A DNA stretch of 64,000 nucleotides from Squalus acanthias. Its lineage: Eukaryota. This document shows, one piece after another, positions 37,147 to 50,977 of the stretch. Where the stretch lies: contig CM059433.1 of NCBI GenBank assembly GCA_030390025.1, forward strand, positions 3,720,001 through 3,784,000. Reading direction: 5' to 3'. Under the pieces are notes generated by a model. That model did not search any database, was not told the origin of the DNA, and saw only the letters and a program-made list of their open reading frames with translations. Every line of letters starts with the position of its first letter. The first letter of the stretch is position 1. The position numbers were made by a program, and so were the translations under genes.

Positions 37147-38148
37147 CAACAACCATCTTCCTTTGTGCTAAGTATGACTCCAGCCAGTGGAGAGTTTTCC
37201 CCCCGATTCCCACTGACTTCAGTTTTACTAGGGCTCCTTGATGCCACGCTCGGTCAAATGCTGCCTTGATGTCAAGGGCAGTCACTCTCACCTCACCTCT
37301 GGAATTCAGCTCCTTTCCATGTTTGGTCCAAGGCTGTAATGAGGTCGGGAGCCGAGTGGTCCTGGCAGAACCCAAACTGAGCAGGTTATTGGTGAGTAAG
37401 TGTCGCTTGACAGCACTGTCGACGACACCTTCCATCACTTTGCTGATGATTGAGAGTAGACTGATTGGCGGTAATTGGATGGATTGGATTTGTCCTGCTT
37501 TTTGTGGAGAGGACATACCTGGGCAGTTTTCCACATTGTCGGATAGATGCCAGTGTTGTAGCTGTTCTGGAACAGCTTGGCTAGGGGCGCAGCTAATTCT
37601 GGAGCACAAGTCTTCAACACGATAGCCGGGATGTTGTCGGGGCCCATAGCCTTTGCTGTATCCAGTGCGCTCAGCTGTTTCTTGATATCACATGGAGTGA
37701 ATCGAATTGGCTGAAGACTGACTTCTGTGATGGTGGGGACCTCAAGAGGAGGCCAATATGGATCATCCACTCGGCACTTCTGGCTGAAGATGGTTGTAAA
37801 TGCTTCAGCCTTGTCTTTTGCACTGACGTGCTGTGCTCCACCATCACTGAGGATGGGGATATTCATGGAGCCTCCTCCTCCCGTCAGTTGTTTAATGGTC
37901 CACCACCATTCACGACTGGACGTGGCAGGACTGCAGAGCTTTGATCTGATCCGTTGATTGTGGGATCGCTTAGGTCTGTCTATAGCATGCTTCTTCCGCT
38001 GTTTCGCATGTATGTAGTCCTGTGTTGCAGCTTCCCCAGGTTGGCAACTCATGTTTAGGTACACCTGGTGCTGCTCCTGGCATGCTCTTCTTCACTCCTC
38101 ATTGAACCAGGGTTGGTCCCCTGGCTTGATGGTAATGGTAGAGTGAGG

Positions 38149-38254
38149 AACAGAGATTGTAGGTCCCGCGTTGGACCCATCAGTCACGTGAGAACTCATT
38201 TTTAGTGTGGAAGCAAGTCATCCTCGGTTCCGAGGGACTGCCTAAGAAGGAAGA
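38149..38254 (+). mobile_element. RTE (BovB-like) 3' fragment nested in the LINE
   Basis: Matches the reverse complement of the 42613 copy; (GAA)n tail; TSD AGAGTGAGG. Confidence 0.85.
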
Positions 38255-39924
38255 AGAGTGAGGGATATACCGGGCCATGAGGTTACAGATTGTGGTGGAA
38301 TACAATTCTGCTGCTGCTGATGGCCCACAGCGCCTCATGGATGCCCAGTTTTGAGCTGCTAGATCTGTTCTGAATCTATCCCATTTAGCACAGTGGTAGT
38401 GCCACACAACACGATGGAGGGTGTCCTCAGTGTGAAGACGAGACTTCGTCTCCACAATGACTGTGTGGTGGTCGCTGCTACCAATACTGTCATGGAGAGA
38501 TGCATCTGCGACAGGTAGATTGGTGAGGACGAGATCAGATAGGTTTTTCCCTCATGTTGGTTCTCTCACCACCTGCTGCAGCTATGTCCTTCAGGACTCG
38601 GCCAGCTTGGTCAGTAGTGGTGATTCTGAGCCATCTTGGTGATGGACATTGAAGTCCCCCACGCAGAGTACATTCTGTGCCCTTGCTACTCTCAGTGCTT
38701 CTTCCAAGTGGTGTTCAACATGGAGGAGTACTAATTCATCAGCTGAGGGAGGGCAGGAGATGGTAATCAGCAGGAGGTTTCCTTGCCTATGCTTGACCTG
38801 AAGCCATGAGACTTCATGGGGTCCAGAGTCAATGTTGAGGACTCCCAGGGCCACTCCCTCCTGACTGTATACTAATGTCCAGATTGTGTGTGGCAACATG
38901 TAAAGAATTGTCCACATCAGCGGGAGATTTGCTGGAAGTTGCCATGATGCATTCATCCTCAGGATTTCTCTCTTTCCTGTGCTCTTCAAAGAAGATAATC
39001 AGGTGAAAGAAAGGACTGTGTGTGATAAGGAATATTTCTTGCTGCTATGCATAATGACCCAATAGTTGCAAGAACAGCAGCTGAGAAGTGTTACAATGAG
39101 ACACATATTTCTAGCAAAGCAGTCTTTGAGAGAACCATTGGGATATTAAAGGGCTGTTTTTGCTGCCTTGTTAGGTTGGGGCGGGGGTGGGGGGGGGGCG
39201 GGCGGGTGTGGGGTGCTGGGGGGCTCTGCATATTGTGTATCCTGAATAGTTGTAGCCTGCTGTACCCCGCATAACATTGAAATCCAGAAAGGCCTGATAT
39301 GGACATCCCTGGGAGCTGATCCTACCTGCTTTGGAAGCAGAACAATATGGAGGACTATCAGTCCAAGGACTCCTTAGCAACTGCTGCAAGGAACATCAGA
39401 GCACAAATTAACAATGAAGTGTTCTCATCTGTTTAGCATAGTCTTCCTTTATCATCACTGTCACAACCCCTTCTCCCCCATCTTCAAATAAATAAAACAT
39501 TCTTCAATCGAGTACCATCCTAGAAATCACTTCAAACTTCTTTGGTTCTACATGGCCATGCAAATCTTAATCACCTGACTGAATAAGTCAGCACAAAAAT
39601 AAATACATCTTTTCCTGTATGACTACAGTTTCCATGAATAACAAAGCACAACATAAATGCACATCTGATTTAATACAAAGAACTCAGAAATGACCACAAG
39701 CCAACCTACTCTTTCCTCACACTGAGATTCCCCTGGGTGTCCAGATGTGCCTTTTTTCCTCTTACTTTAGTGTTTTTTCTAGGTTCAACCTGAGAACTAG
39801 TATCGGGAGAGGTGCCCTGGGACAGCTGGAATGATAGATCTGCTGGCCTCACCCTGCCACAGTGAAGGAGGGGGCTGTAAAGTTCTGGATGCAGGAGCGA
39901 TGGCAATACCATACTGTAAGACAC

Positions 39925-40511
39925 CTTGTATCGAACCTTGGTTAGACCACACTTGGAGTACTGCTGTACAGTTCTGGTCGCCATATTATAAAAAGGATAT
40001 AGAGGCACTGGAGCGGGTGCAGAGAAGATTTACAAGGATGATACCAGAAATGCGAGGGTATACATATCAGGAAAGGATGAACAGGCTGGGTCTCTTTTCT
40101 CTTCAAAAAAGAAGGCTGAGGGGTGACCTAATAGAGGTCTTTAAAATGATGAAAATTTTTGATAGAGCAGATACAGAGAGAATGTTTCCACTTGTGGGGA
40201 GGAGCATAACTAGTGGCCATCAATATAAGATAGTCACCAAGAAATCCAATAGGGAATTCAGAAGAAACTTCTTTACCCAGAGAGTGGTGAGAATGTGGAA
40301 CTCGCTACCACAGGGAGTGGTTGAAGCGAATAGTATAGATGCATTTAAGGGGAGGCTAGACAAGCATATGAGGGAGAAGGGAATAGAGGGTTATGCTGAT
40401 AGAGTTAGATGAGGAAAGATGGGAGGAGGCTCGAGTGGAGCATAAACGCCGGCATGGACTGGGTGAGCCGAATGGCCTGTTTCTGCGCCGTATATCCGAT
40501 GTAATCCTATG
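39925..40511 (+). mobile_element. CR1 LINE 3' fragment
   Basis: VQFWSPYYKKDIEALERVQRRFTRMIP...WNSLPQGVVEA; same subfamily as 61830-62103. Confidence 0.95.
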
Positions 40512-40640
40512 AGTTAGTGATCCCCTTAACCACGGTGTAGTGTTGAGGGTTACTTGTGCAGCTATTAAATTTAGATGTTGAAGAGTGCATTGGTGGCCAT
40601 TGCACCCAAGGAAGAAAAGGGAGAATGGCTGGTGTGTTAC

Positions 40641-40870
40641 CTTGCTTGCCCTTGTTAGTTGATTGAATTTCTTCCAGCACTGGTTTGCAGTTCTGGGGGG
40701 TGAGATGTGGTACTCAGTGCCATTCCCTCCACATGGCATGCGAGACATTTTTGCGCTGTTTCCTTCCAGGGGCACCCAGCAGTCACTCTCTCCTTTTGCT
40801 AAATCTTATCATTCAGCACCTGTAGTATGGTCTCATTAAAATGTTGTGCTCTTCTTTTCTGCCTCCTTCC
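40641..40870 (-). pseudogene. Harbinger Myb/SANT-like gene, decayed first coding exon
   Basis: RRAQHFNETILQVL...RTANQCWKKFNQLTRASK followed by a GTAACA donor-like site; convergent with the transposase. Confidence 0.75.
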
Positions 40871-41369
40871 AATGCCCTGCTCCCTTCTTTGGGTGCCTCT
40901 GCCAGCTCTTGCAATTCAAGACATGCTTTTAAAAGTGGCTCAGAATTACACTTGAGCCATCCGTCACGGTTACTTGACTGTCAACTCACGATGCCAACCA
41001 TTTTCCGACTTACCTGCTGCTCCTTCGGCCTGCTGCGATCCTCAGTGGATTCTTGGATTTTTAAAGGCTGCCCTTTTAATTTCAAAGCCTCGAACCCCCT
41101 GCACACACTACTCTCATGCTACATGCGATCAATGCTACTGAACCACCAACACATATTTAAATAAGCTGACCCTGCAATTTGCGACTGGGTCAACTACAGA
41201 CAGCATCAGCGGGCGCAAGTCCCAGCTCAGGGATCGGGGCGCAACACTGGCATAAACGGCCCATGGAATTTTGGGGTCAATATGTCCATATGCTAAAAGG
41301 TGGGGCGAGTTAGGTATTTGAAGAGGTAAACTTCCACGTGGAACAAAGTTAGCAACTGTTGGCTGGTGA

Positions 41370-41982
41370 TATGTGTACCGCTGAACATATATGCCTGTGC
41401 CTGAGATCCCCAGTTGGTGAATTTACAGTTTAACTTAGAGAAGGACACAAATCGATGATTACCAGCTGAAAAGGAAGAAAATTAGAGTGTACATCACCCT
41501 GGACAATTCTTTCCTACCTCCTAGCCAAGGAATGGCAGGTAATCTCGAAGCATGCACAAAAGGTGAAACAGATATAAATAATATTAAATATTGATTTTCC
41601 TTTAATACAATACTAACCAAGGTGTTAGGCCGATAGCCACCTCAGGGGAAGCCTTCGCCCCTAACTGCCTGATTTCCTCTCTCGGTCGTCTATATTTATA
41701 GTTATTTCAGTGGGCTGGTGGATACCTGGTGTCAATCATTTTTACCCATCCTATTGTCCAATTACAAGAGAGAGGCTACCTATGACAGCCCCCTTCCCAG
41801 CCTCATGAGGTAATTTTCCTCCGTATCTCTGTTCTAAAGGTCTTGTTGCCCTCTCATAGACAGCTTGTTTATCCTACAGCTCCTTGCTGCATCCCTTATC
41901 AGGCCTAGCTATGCCCACTCGAAGGCCTGTTTTTGTGTTCTGACCTCGTAATTCAGCTCTCTGTACAGCTATTTTTCTGACA
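41370..41982 (-). mobile_element. Possible solo LTR
   Basis: Minus-strand TATAAATA and ATTAAA with LTR-like spacing, plus strand ends TGACA; no TSD found, boundaries uncertain. Confidence 0.3.
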
Positions 41983-42612
41983 TGACTGGAATCTTTCTGT
42001 GTCATCAACTTAGACAAACTGCTGATCTAGGGAACCCGTAACAGACTATTATTTCTTTCAATCCATGATTTCTTACAAGACCATATTATTAGCTTTAAGA
42101 GTGATTGAAGCTTGTTATCAAAAACTAAAAACTGGATTAAGAATATAAGAAAGTGCAGGAGGAGAAAGGGTCATTTAAATCATTAAGCCTATCTCTTGTA
42201 CAGACCATGTAAAGTCATAATTTTCCAATCTGAGCTTTATCCAAAGTCCATATATGGTTAACCTCTATCATACACATATCTTCATAATCTTCAACCAATT
42301 TCTAACCAACTATTTATCTAGCTATTTTTTAAAGTATTGATTGAAGCATCATTATTTGATTTATTTGGAAGTTTATTTCAAATATCTACATTACAGCCTG
42401 GAATCACGGGCAGAACTTTGCTTATATTTATAATTGTCACTTTTCAGGATTTCTTTGGCTATTTTTTCCACAGAAAATATTTGGAAGAAAGATTTACTTT
42501 TACATTTTGGGATCTTAGAGCCAAATGTATTTGCACAAGTTTAAAAAGAAAGCCACTGAGATTATGGGCGGTTAACACTCTAATGCCTTCGGCTTTGATT
42601 TTGTTTCCCCAT

Positions 42613-42935
42613 CTTCTTCTCTTAGGCAGTCCCTCGGAACCGAGGATGACTTGCTTCCACACTAAAAATGAGTTCTCAGGTGACTGATGAGTCCAATGTG
42701 GGACCTACAGTCTCTGTCACAGGTGGGGCAGACGGTGGTTGAAGGGGCGGGTGGGTGGGGTGCTTGGGTTGACGTGCGCTCCTTCCGCTGTTTGCGCTTG
42801 GCTTCCGCTTGCTCCCGGCGAAGTGACTCGAGGTGTTCGGCGCCTTCCCGGATGCTTCTCCTCCACTTTGTGCAGTCTTGGGCCAGGGATTCCCAGGTGT
42901 CGGTGGGGATGTTGCACTTTTTCAAGGAGGCCTTG
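42613..42935 (-). mobile_element. RTE (BovB-like) LINE 3' fragment
   Basis: WESLAQD..KWR...CPTCDRDCRSHIGLISHLRTH C-terminal zinc finger; (GAA) tail. Confidence 0.9.
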
Positions 42936-43052
42936 ACTATAAATAATAAGACATTCATTAGCTTGTCTCAACAATCAATACGCACCTTAACCCCATTGTG
43001 TTGGAAAATGTCTGGTCCCTTCTGGCTTTGAGCCCATGGTGGTAAAGATAAT

Positions 43053-43684
43053 GGGCTGGATTTTCATTGACCCGTGGAGGCGGGTTTGGGGGTTAAAATT
43101 GCAAAAACTGCCAGGCGAGCACGAGCCCTGCCTCCACGCAATTTTCATTAAATCGTGTCTGCTGGTCCTGACTCTGTCCCACCTCTAAGAGGCGGGATAG
43201 GCTGTTAAGGCCCTTAACAAGCACTAAATTGCCTCTAATGCCATTTTGAAAGGCCTTTGTGATTTTAACCCTTTTTCTACGTGAAGCACACCTGTTCTGA
43301 ACCACGAATGTGAAACCTGGCGGGAGCACGACTGACTGACTGATGACCGACCGACCGACCGACCGACCGACTGGTGGGCTGGCTATCTGATCTGAGAGTG
43401 GTGGTGCAAAAATATCTGGGAGCAGACTTAGGGCTGCTGCTGCTCATTTTGCATCCCAGTCCTCTCACAGCAAAGGCCAGGCAGTCTTTGCAGACCTTCA
43501 ATGCAGCAGCAATGATGACATCATCAGAGGCGACTTTCAGACTGAAAACACTAATTGGGTCATGGGTTCCCACATGCTGGAACTCAATTGCCCAATTAGG
43601 TGAAAATCGCATCAATCTCCCACATCCAATTGCAGTCGGGTGGATAACACGACCCCATCCCACCCCAGTATCAAAATCCAGCCC
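43053..43684. mobile_element. Harbinger-like MITE with internal (GACC/GACT)n microsatellite
   Basis: TIRs GGGCTGGATTTT / AAAATCCAGCCC; TSD not matched. Confidence 0.7.
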
Positions 43685-44255
43685 ACAGAGTGGGTATTTT
43701 CAACTCCAGCTACCCATTTCTCACCTGAAAATTTGGTGGACACCTTGGACACTTATTTGCCCGCCTGGTTCAATTTTTAGGCAGGCCTTTAAATGGCCAT
43801 CCAGCAGTTCTGCCCAAAACAGTCAGGAATCTGTTGAAATGTGAAAATTGGGGTCCGATGCCAGTTGTCGGACTCCAATTGCAGTTTTAATGCACCAGCT
43901 CCAGGCATGGAGCGGCCTTATGATATGGTCCTTGAAGGGAATGCTGCCGGCCGCTCAGCTTTTGAGACTTTTTTTAAAGGATTTTTGTCGGGGCCAAGAC
44001 GAGCATTCATGATTCTCCTGGCCCCATCAAAAAAATCTTCTGGCTCACTGCTGGCCTGTTCTTGTTCCCCCCCCACCCCCAGCCCACTCCCCCCAGAATC
44101 CGCTCTCCCCCAACAGGCCCTACCAGAAGTCAGCCGATCTTCTGCCATCCGAGGTGGGTGAGCTGCAGCAGAGCGCCCGTTTGGTGCCCGTCACTCGTCG
44201 ACATATGAGTCCCGGATCTGAAAATGGTTTGCTACTCCTGGCTGTGGTCAACTTA

Positions 44256-45111
44256 GGCTGCGATTTTATTAATGGAGGCGGGTTGAGTGCGGGTCAGCTG
44301 GTTTCCAGCTTCCAGTCTCGCCCTCAGCTGCTTCCGCTCCACAGACATGATTTTGCCTTGATTGACCTTGTTTAGCCCGCCTTGCCGGCCAATTAACAGG
44401 AAGCGGGTCAGATGACATCATTTGATGATGCGTCATCTGCCGGTTTCCTTAAAGGGACCATGCACAATTTTATTTTGACAGTTGATTTCTCAGTGTTTGA
44501 CAGCATTGAGGTGCTGAAAACACTGAATCACTACACAGAGGTGACCTCTTGCACCCGCGCTCTCCAATGACTTTCTCCATAGGCTGGAATAGATGGCAGC
44601 TGCAGGTGAGGTGACAGAAGCGATCTGTCACTGGTGAGAGAGGTTCTCCCAATGAGGTGGCACAGGACATGGACTTAAAAACTTGTAAGCTAAAGAAATC
44701 TGTAAATATATTAAAAGTGCAGTACCCAACATTTTCTTTCCTCTGAAACTCACCATGTGCAACATTGGATCCTTCTCACCACTTCTGCAGCTGTCATCAT
44801 TCCACAAACATTACAGCAGACTCACAACACGCCACACTTACCTGGCGTGGTGTCCGGACATCGGGAAAGCCGACCCAGAAGAGTGAAAATCCAAAAATAG
44901 GCTGACAACTACTGGCAAGTACCTGTTAATAGGCAAGTAATTGCCTTTAATCTGCTTCCCGCTGCCAAGTGTCAAGTCCTTTCGCAAATCGAGGACCCGA
45001 TACTTGGGAAAGCTGTTTGGAGGCGGGTTGATGGCGGGTTCGGGACCAGCCGTCAATCAATTGCACTTTAACCTCTGAACCGCCTCTCTGAGCGCCGACG
45101 AAATCGTGGCC
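44256..45111. mobile_element. Harbinger-like MITE
   Basis: TIRs GGCTGCGATTT / AAATCGTGGCC; GGCGGG subterminal motifs shared with family B. Confidence 0.6.
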
Positions 45112-45727
45112 TACGTGTCTGTTTTGGGCCGAAGTTGTAAATCCCTCTCAGATACACTGGCAGGCAGTCGGGTCCAGAAAAGTTTGTGAGGCCAGTCAGG
45201 TTTTAAACATAAAGCTTCAAGGGCAAGCTTTAGTCAGGCTCAGAAAGGCAATGCACGAGGGTAGTTAGGAGTTATTTTGTTTCAGTCCAATAAGATGACC
45301 CACTGATGTGGGGAAGTGTAACGTGTTCATTATTTTGTAGTCGTATGTAAAAACAAGTTATACTGATTGAACTAAGAGTTTGACCGTAATGTTGCCTTGT
45401 ATGTTCAGTCACAGTGAAATAAACCAGCTTAGTCATTCGTATCTTGCCTTGTCTCACCAAGTGTTTTCTTGGTCTACCATCAAAAATATTGAAGAAGTAC
45501 ATGTGCAAATGACAGCTTTGGTCAGAAGAAACAAGAGGAACGGTTGGCCTTCTTTTTCTTTTTAATGTACTTGTCATGCTTCGAAGTGTGACAACTGAAG
45601 TGTGACAGTCACACATTAAATGTAAGCTTTTATATAAATAGTTATATTGGGGTGAATTTAGGGATTCTCCTCAGCGTCCAGAGTAACTTTGATGGAAGAG
45701 CCACAGAAACTCCATTATACAGCTTTT

Positions 45728-46122
45728 CCTCTTCTTAGGCAGTCCCTCGGAACCGAGGATGACTTGCTTCCACACTAAAAATGAGTTCTCAGGTGACTGA
45801 TGAGTCCAATGCGGGACCTACAGTCTCTGTCACAGGTGGGGCAGACGGTGGTTGAAGGGGCGGGTGGGTGGGGTGCTTGGGTTGACGTGCGCTCCTTGCG
45901 CTGCCTGCACTTGGCTTTCACTTGCTCCCGGCGAAGAGACTCGAGGTGTTCGGCGCCTTCCCGGATGCTTCTCCTCCACTTTGTGCGGTCTTGGGCCAGG
46001 AATTCCCAGGTGTCGGTGGGGATGTTGCACTTTTTCAAGGAGGCTTTGAGGGTGTCCGTGAAGCATTTCCTCTGTCCACCTGGGGCTCTCTTGCCGTGTC
46101 GGAGCTCCGAGTAGAGTGCTTG
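45728..46122 (-). mobile_element. RTE (BovB-like) LINE 3' fragment
   Basis: ALYSELRHGKRAPGGQRK...CPTCDRDCRSRIGLISHLRTH. Confidence 0.9.
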
Positions 46123-46635
46123 TTGCAGCAGAGAATTGGGAGCACCGCAGCAGATATTCACACCACAGTTTTAATATTAGGTGAAGATTTTATTTTCTAG
46201 ATTGGCCAGTTGTTGTGCAGGCAGCTGCTGCAAATACTAATAGTGAATACTCTGTGTTACTGGCAGGTGTTGACAGGCACACAAGAGGATTACAACTTGT
46301 GATTTAATCACTGGAAGATTATCGACAAATAACCTTTAAGTCAATCTGAGAGTACACCGTCATACCACTTTTGAAATACACTGCAAGTTCGGGATTTCCA
46401 CTAGCGCATGCGCTGAATCCAGAGCTTGTGATCTGTCAAGGTATGCCTCGACAGATCATCTGCAGCGCCGAGGAACTCTCGATTGCTGTCGGAGAGTTGG
46501 GCTATTTGCCCATCAACTGCCCGGTAATTGCAGACGAAACTCTTGCGGTTGCTGAAAGCAAGCACAGGAGCTTGTTTCACATCGTAAAAGATCCTGCAGT
46601 TGAAAAATCACCACTTTGCATTTTTAGGAGTATAT

Positions 46636-47526
46636 GGGGGAAAAATTCTGTATCGCCCCGTTCGGGGCGCAATTATTGGCCGGGCGCAAAGATTAGCGCC
46701 TGGCGCTAATTATCGCCTCCGACTGCAAACTTGACTTTTATCGCCCCTGGAGGTGATTGGAGCGCTAAATCAGGCGCTACACATCTGTCTTAAGGCGCAA
46801 AGGCCGAGGAGCGAGGCGCTACCTCAGAGCGCTGGCGAAGCTCGTGTGATGTCAGTCAGCAATGGAAAACAGACACAATGGCCCCGGTCAGTTCTTAAAG
46901 GGGAGGGTTGATCTTGCTCTCCATCCACATACTGCTCATTGCAGCCTTGAATCTCGGCCTGGAGAGACCTGTACATCAAATCTGCTGGAAAGAACAATGG
47001 AGAGGCCCATGGAAAGAGCTCAGAGTGCAGCCCCCATTAGTCTCTTCTAAATCGATACAAGGAAGGGCAAATCGAAATGAACCTGCAAAGTGCTGCTCAG
47101 TACCCAAAACTCCTTCACACAGCGTTGAATCTCTCCAGAAGTCTCTCTCTCTCTCAGAATGCATGGTTCAAAAATGTCGCCAACAAAAAAAGGCAGGAAG
47201 CGGTCTCCTTTAAATAGCGCTCCCCCCAGTCCCTTCCTGACTGCAAAACGCTCCCCTTAACCTGTCGTTGCTAGCGGCAGGCGGTAAGGCAGGGGGTGCC
47301 ACTCAATATCCGCTCTGGGGCGCTACAGGGGCGTTGCGCACTCGACTGACATCACGATCTGCCGGCACAGGAAATCGTGGCGGTAGTGTTTAGCGCCGCC
47401 GCAAGATGGCTAGTTAATTTCGTGAGCGGCGCAAGCATCGCCGCGCCCGGGCGCTAGTTGCTTTGCGCCCCATTAGCGCCCTCTTAAGGCGCTAACGGGA
47501 GGCGCAACCAACTGAATTTTTCCCCC
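46636..47526. mobile_element. Harbinger-like MITE family A, second copy
   Basis: TIRs as at 2666-3560; TSD TAT. Confidence 0.9.
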
Positions 47527-49764
47527 TATATATTTTGGCCGTTTACTTATATTTTCCCAAGAAATATTGGCAAATATATCTTTGTAAAGAGAAACCTGAT
47601 AATTAAACTTGCAATATGTTTGGCCCTTGTCTTTTGCTGCAGTATGAAAGGGTACAGCCCGAATAAATTACATAATAATTCTGAAGGTCTGTTATAAAAT
47701 GTGTACCAAAACTATCTTTACTGAACTTGTGGAAATCAAATGATCACTAACGACAATGTATACACGTTAAAGTAAGAGAAAACAGACTGCTCGCTTAACA
47801 GGAACTGACTGCAGAGCTGTTTGAATTGATTTTATGAATATACAGAGGAAAATATCTCATTCATCCTGTGAGGTTTCTGTGTGATGAATAAAGCTTTTTG
47901 TTTTATGTGACCAATTCTGTCCTTTGAACTCAAAAATGAACAACATAACAAACTATATAATGCATCTATAACAAGGAAAATAGATTTATCTATTACCAGT
48001 CTAAATGAGCTCTGAATAATATATTTTAATCCGCAAAATTAACATTGAATATATGGCTGGGAATCTCTTTCTGAAGTTCAACAACATTACTTGTAGGAGT
48101 GTTAGACCTTTACTGACTATCTAAACAGGAATTTATGTACATACGGATTAATAAATTGTGAGTTTGGATGAAAAAAAAATCAAAATGCTGATGTATGAAG
48201 TAAGTCCAAATACCAGTTTGATTAGAAGTTTTGAGAAGTTTTTTTTAAAGGTTTTATAATGTAATTTCAATGTAAAAGACTGAAAGAAGTTTCTGTGGGC
48301 GTGGCTTATTTTTGACAGCTTTTGTGGACGTGTCTTCCCTTACGCATCGGCTGCGGGCTGCGCTCCTGGCCTCCCTGATGTCAGACGCTGCGCGGAACTC
48401 TGCAGCGCCGAAGAGCAAGTCTCCGTTCCGGGCCTCGCACGAGGTAAGTACGTATTCTTTTCGCAGGTTGGCGGCGTACTCCGGAGCTACGCCGCCGACC
48501 GCAATTTTTGGCCACGCACCTCACAGCAATACCATGTATTATTTTATGATTGGATAAACAGAACAAGGAACAGGATGGTAATGTGTAAGTAGCTTCTATG
48601 AACTATGTTACATTTCAAGTTTGTCAAGGGGACTGGAGCTGATTCAAACCATGATGTACAGTTCGACAGCACCACAACGCTTGAATGAATAGAATATGCA
48701 AATAGGAATAACAAATATTTTTAAAATGTAGTCTTGTTGTGATAATATGACGAAATTAAGATCAAAGAGAAGTCCGGCCTACCCTCGTGTAGTACAGCCT
48801 TCAGAAATCAAGCATCTTGTGTGTTCTGATGGGAAATATATTCCAGTGAATATCCTGTGACTGCATGAAACATGAACAAATTGTAAGGCATGGTTCAGTG
48901 ACCTTCCAACAGAGCTGGTGTTGTAGCTGAGAATGCGAGACTGAGGTGACGGTATAAGAACAAGTCATTTTCACTGTAGCACTACTGACTTACACTGAAT
49001 GCAATAGTTGTTTAACAGGAACATTGAAACCGGATCAGTGATTGCAGTTTGTCAACAGTTGGGCTACAAAGCCTTATTAATGTGGATATTTTATTTAAGT
49101 AACTAGTTTTTCTTGCAATGGGAGGTATATTTTTCGGAGAAAAAGGTGACTGTTTTTTTTTTAAAGTGCGGTATTGATAATAACAAATGCAAAGTGACCC
49201 CCTTTGTAAAAGGGCTGATTTCATGATGGCTGCCCACAATCTTCTGGAGTGACCCAGCCTGTGGTTGTAGCCCAGAACAGCTGTGCGAGCAGAACTTTTA
49301 CCCCTTCCATGGATGTTTTGGGTATCCAGGTCACTCCAGGTGGGGAGCGAGGGGTACTGCGGTGGGTGATGGTGTCACGCGCTACATGGTTTGGCACCGA
49401 GCCATATAAAGGGCCTTCTGAAAGTAGGAGCCCATTGAAATACTTCCCTGATTTCGGCCTGCTTCGTGGGACTGAGTTGTTTCACACTGGGAACCTGGAT
49501 TACTGGTCTCCTTGCCAACTTCTTCAGCCGAACTGAATACCACGATAGGTTCTCCAGTTCCAGCACTGGCCCACCTGCTCATTCCTGTCCATAGACAGGC
49601 TGCTAGCTGGACAATGCCCTCCGCTCCTGTGAAAAAACACTGCAAGCAAAGGATAAACTCTCCCTCCCAGCAATTCCACCACAAAATAATCCAGGTTGGT
49701 CACTCCCGACCCAGAATTGAACCAAATGCATACAGTAGGAGGACACACAGTGCATGTAGTGGTA

Positions 49765-50223
49765 TCAGCTGTGGCTCAGTGGGTAGCACACTTGCCTCTG
49801 GATCAGAAGGTTGTGGGTTTAAGTCCCACTGCCGGGACTTGAGCACAAAAAACTAGGTTGACACTCCCAGTGCAGTGCTGAGGGAGTGCTGCACTGTCGG
49901 AGGTGCTGTCTTTCAAATGAGACGTTAAACCGAGGCCCCATCTGCCCTCTCAGGTGGACATTAAAGATCCCATGGGCACTATTTTGAAGAAGAGCAGGGG
50001 AGTTATCCCCGATGTCCTGGGGCCAATATTTATCCCTCAACCAACAATAACAAAAAAAACAGATTATCTGGTCATTATCACATTGCTGTTTGTGGGAGCT
50101 TGCTGTGCGCAAATTGTCTGCCGCGTTTCCCACATTACAACAGTGACTACACTTCATTGGCTGTAAAGCGCCTTGAGACGTCTGAGGTGGTGAAAGGCGC
50201 TATATAAATGCAAGTCTTTCTTT
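49765..50223 (+). mobile_element. DeuSINE-like SINE
   Basis: Same family as 19488-19959. Confidence 0.9.
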
Positions 50224-50977
50224 AGGTCCCCTGAGCCAACAATAGTAAACAAGCAACATTGTATTTCGGACAAGACAGGAAGCGACTCCAAACCTGCAGT
50301 AAAAGCACAAAGGATTTGGGTGATACAATTTTTGCAGCGGCACCTAAAACTGAAGTAGTAGAGGGAAACAAAAAGACCCCAGAAGAAATCCATAGTTTTA
50401 AACAGCCATTCACTCTGGCTCGGGACTTTTTAAATGTGTTAAATTGGAATAGGGGATTTTGCTTCAACGGAAGCAGTTCAATCAGAAATGTTGGCAGGAA
50501 ATATAATGTTTCACTAAAGGTGAGTAGCAGATGTGCTGGAGGGATTATATCAAATTGGCATTGTGTGCAACAATAGAAAAACACAGGTAGACAAAGATAC
50601 TGCTTCACGGGCAGGTCCCAGGTACAACCTCAAATGAAAAGGTAGATTCTAATCACAAAACTTCTGTGGGAAGTTATTTTGTGTATAAAATTGCTTTGAA
50701 GATCAAATGATACTGTTTTTGTTATGTTGAACATTGTTCATAATTGGAATATGCTAAATAGTTTGAAAATCAATGGCCGGAATTTTCCTTACCTTGGCGG
50801 TGTTGGAGGGGGGTCCCAACCCCGCCGCTGGCTCCATCCCTCTGTACAAAATTAACTTGCCTTAATGGGGCCTATTAAGCCCACCCAGCGTGTTACCCGG
50901 CCCAATGACATGGAGCGGGTCTGGTGACGTCATTCATGACGCGTTTTAAGCTGGGATCCTTAAAGGGACCCTGGCCA

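Larger units (their letters stand above)
35960..38872 (-). mobile_element. 5'-truncated LINE, same family as 24988-28089
   Basis: RT motifs ALDIKAAFDRAWH and MFADD; endonuclease GDFNVHH; 3' poly(A) at about 35960. Confidence 0.92.
35444..39435 (+). pseudogene. HARBI1-like DDE transposase pseudogene split by a LINE insertion
   Basis: NFYATGSFQ, IAGFPK..AIDPTH, DRKG on the left of the LINE; NVQIVC, FAGSCHDAFILR, YNETH..KAVFERTIGILKGCF on the right. Confidence 0.85.

Noticed and set aside
50226..50519. Possible exon with an AAG/GTGAGT donor
   Set aside because: The acceptor is supplied by the SINE tail, the peptide is unrecognisable and there is no other support
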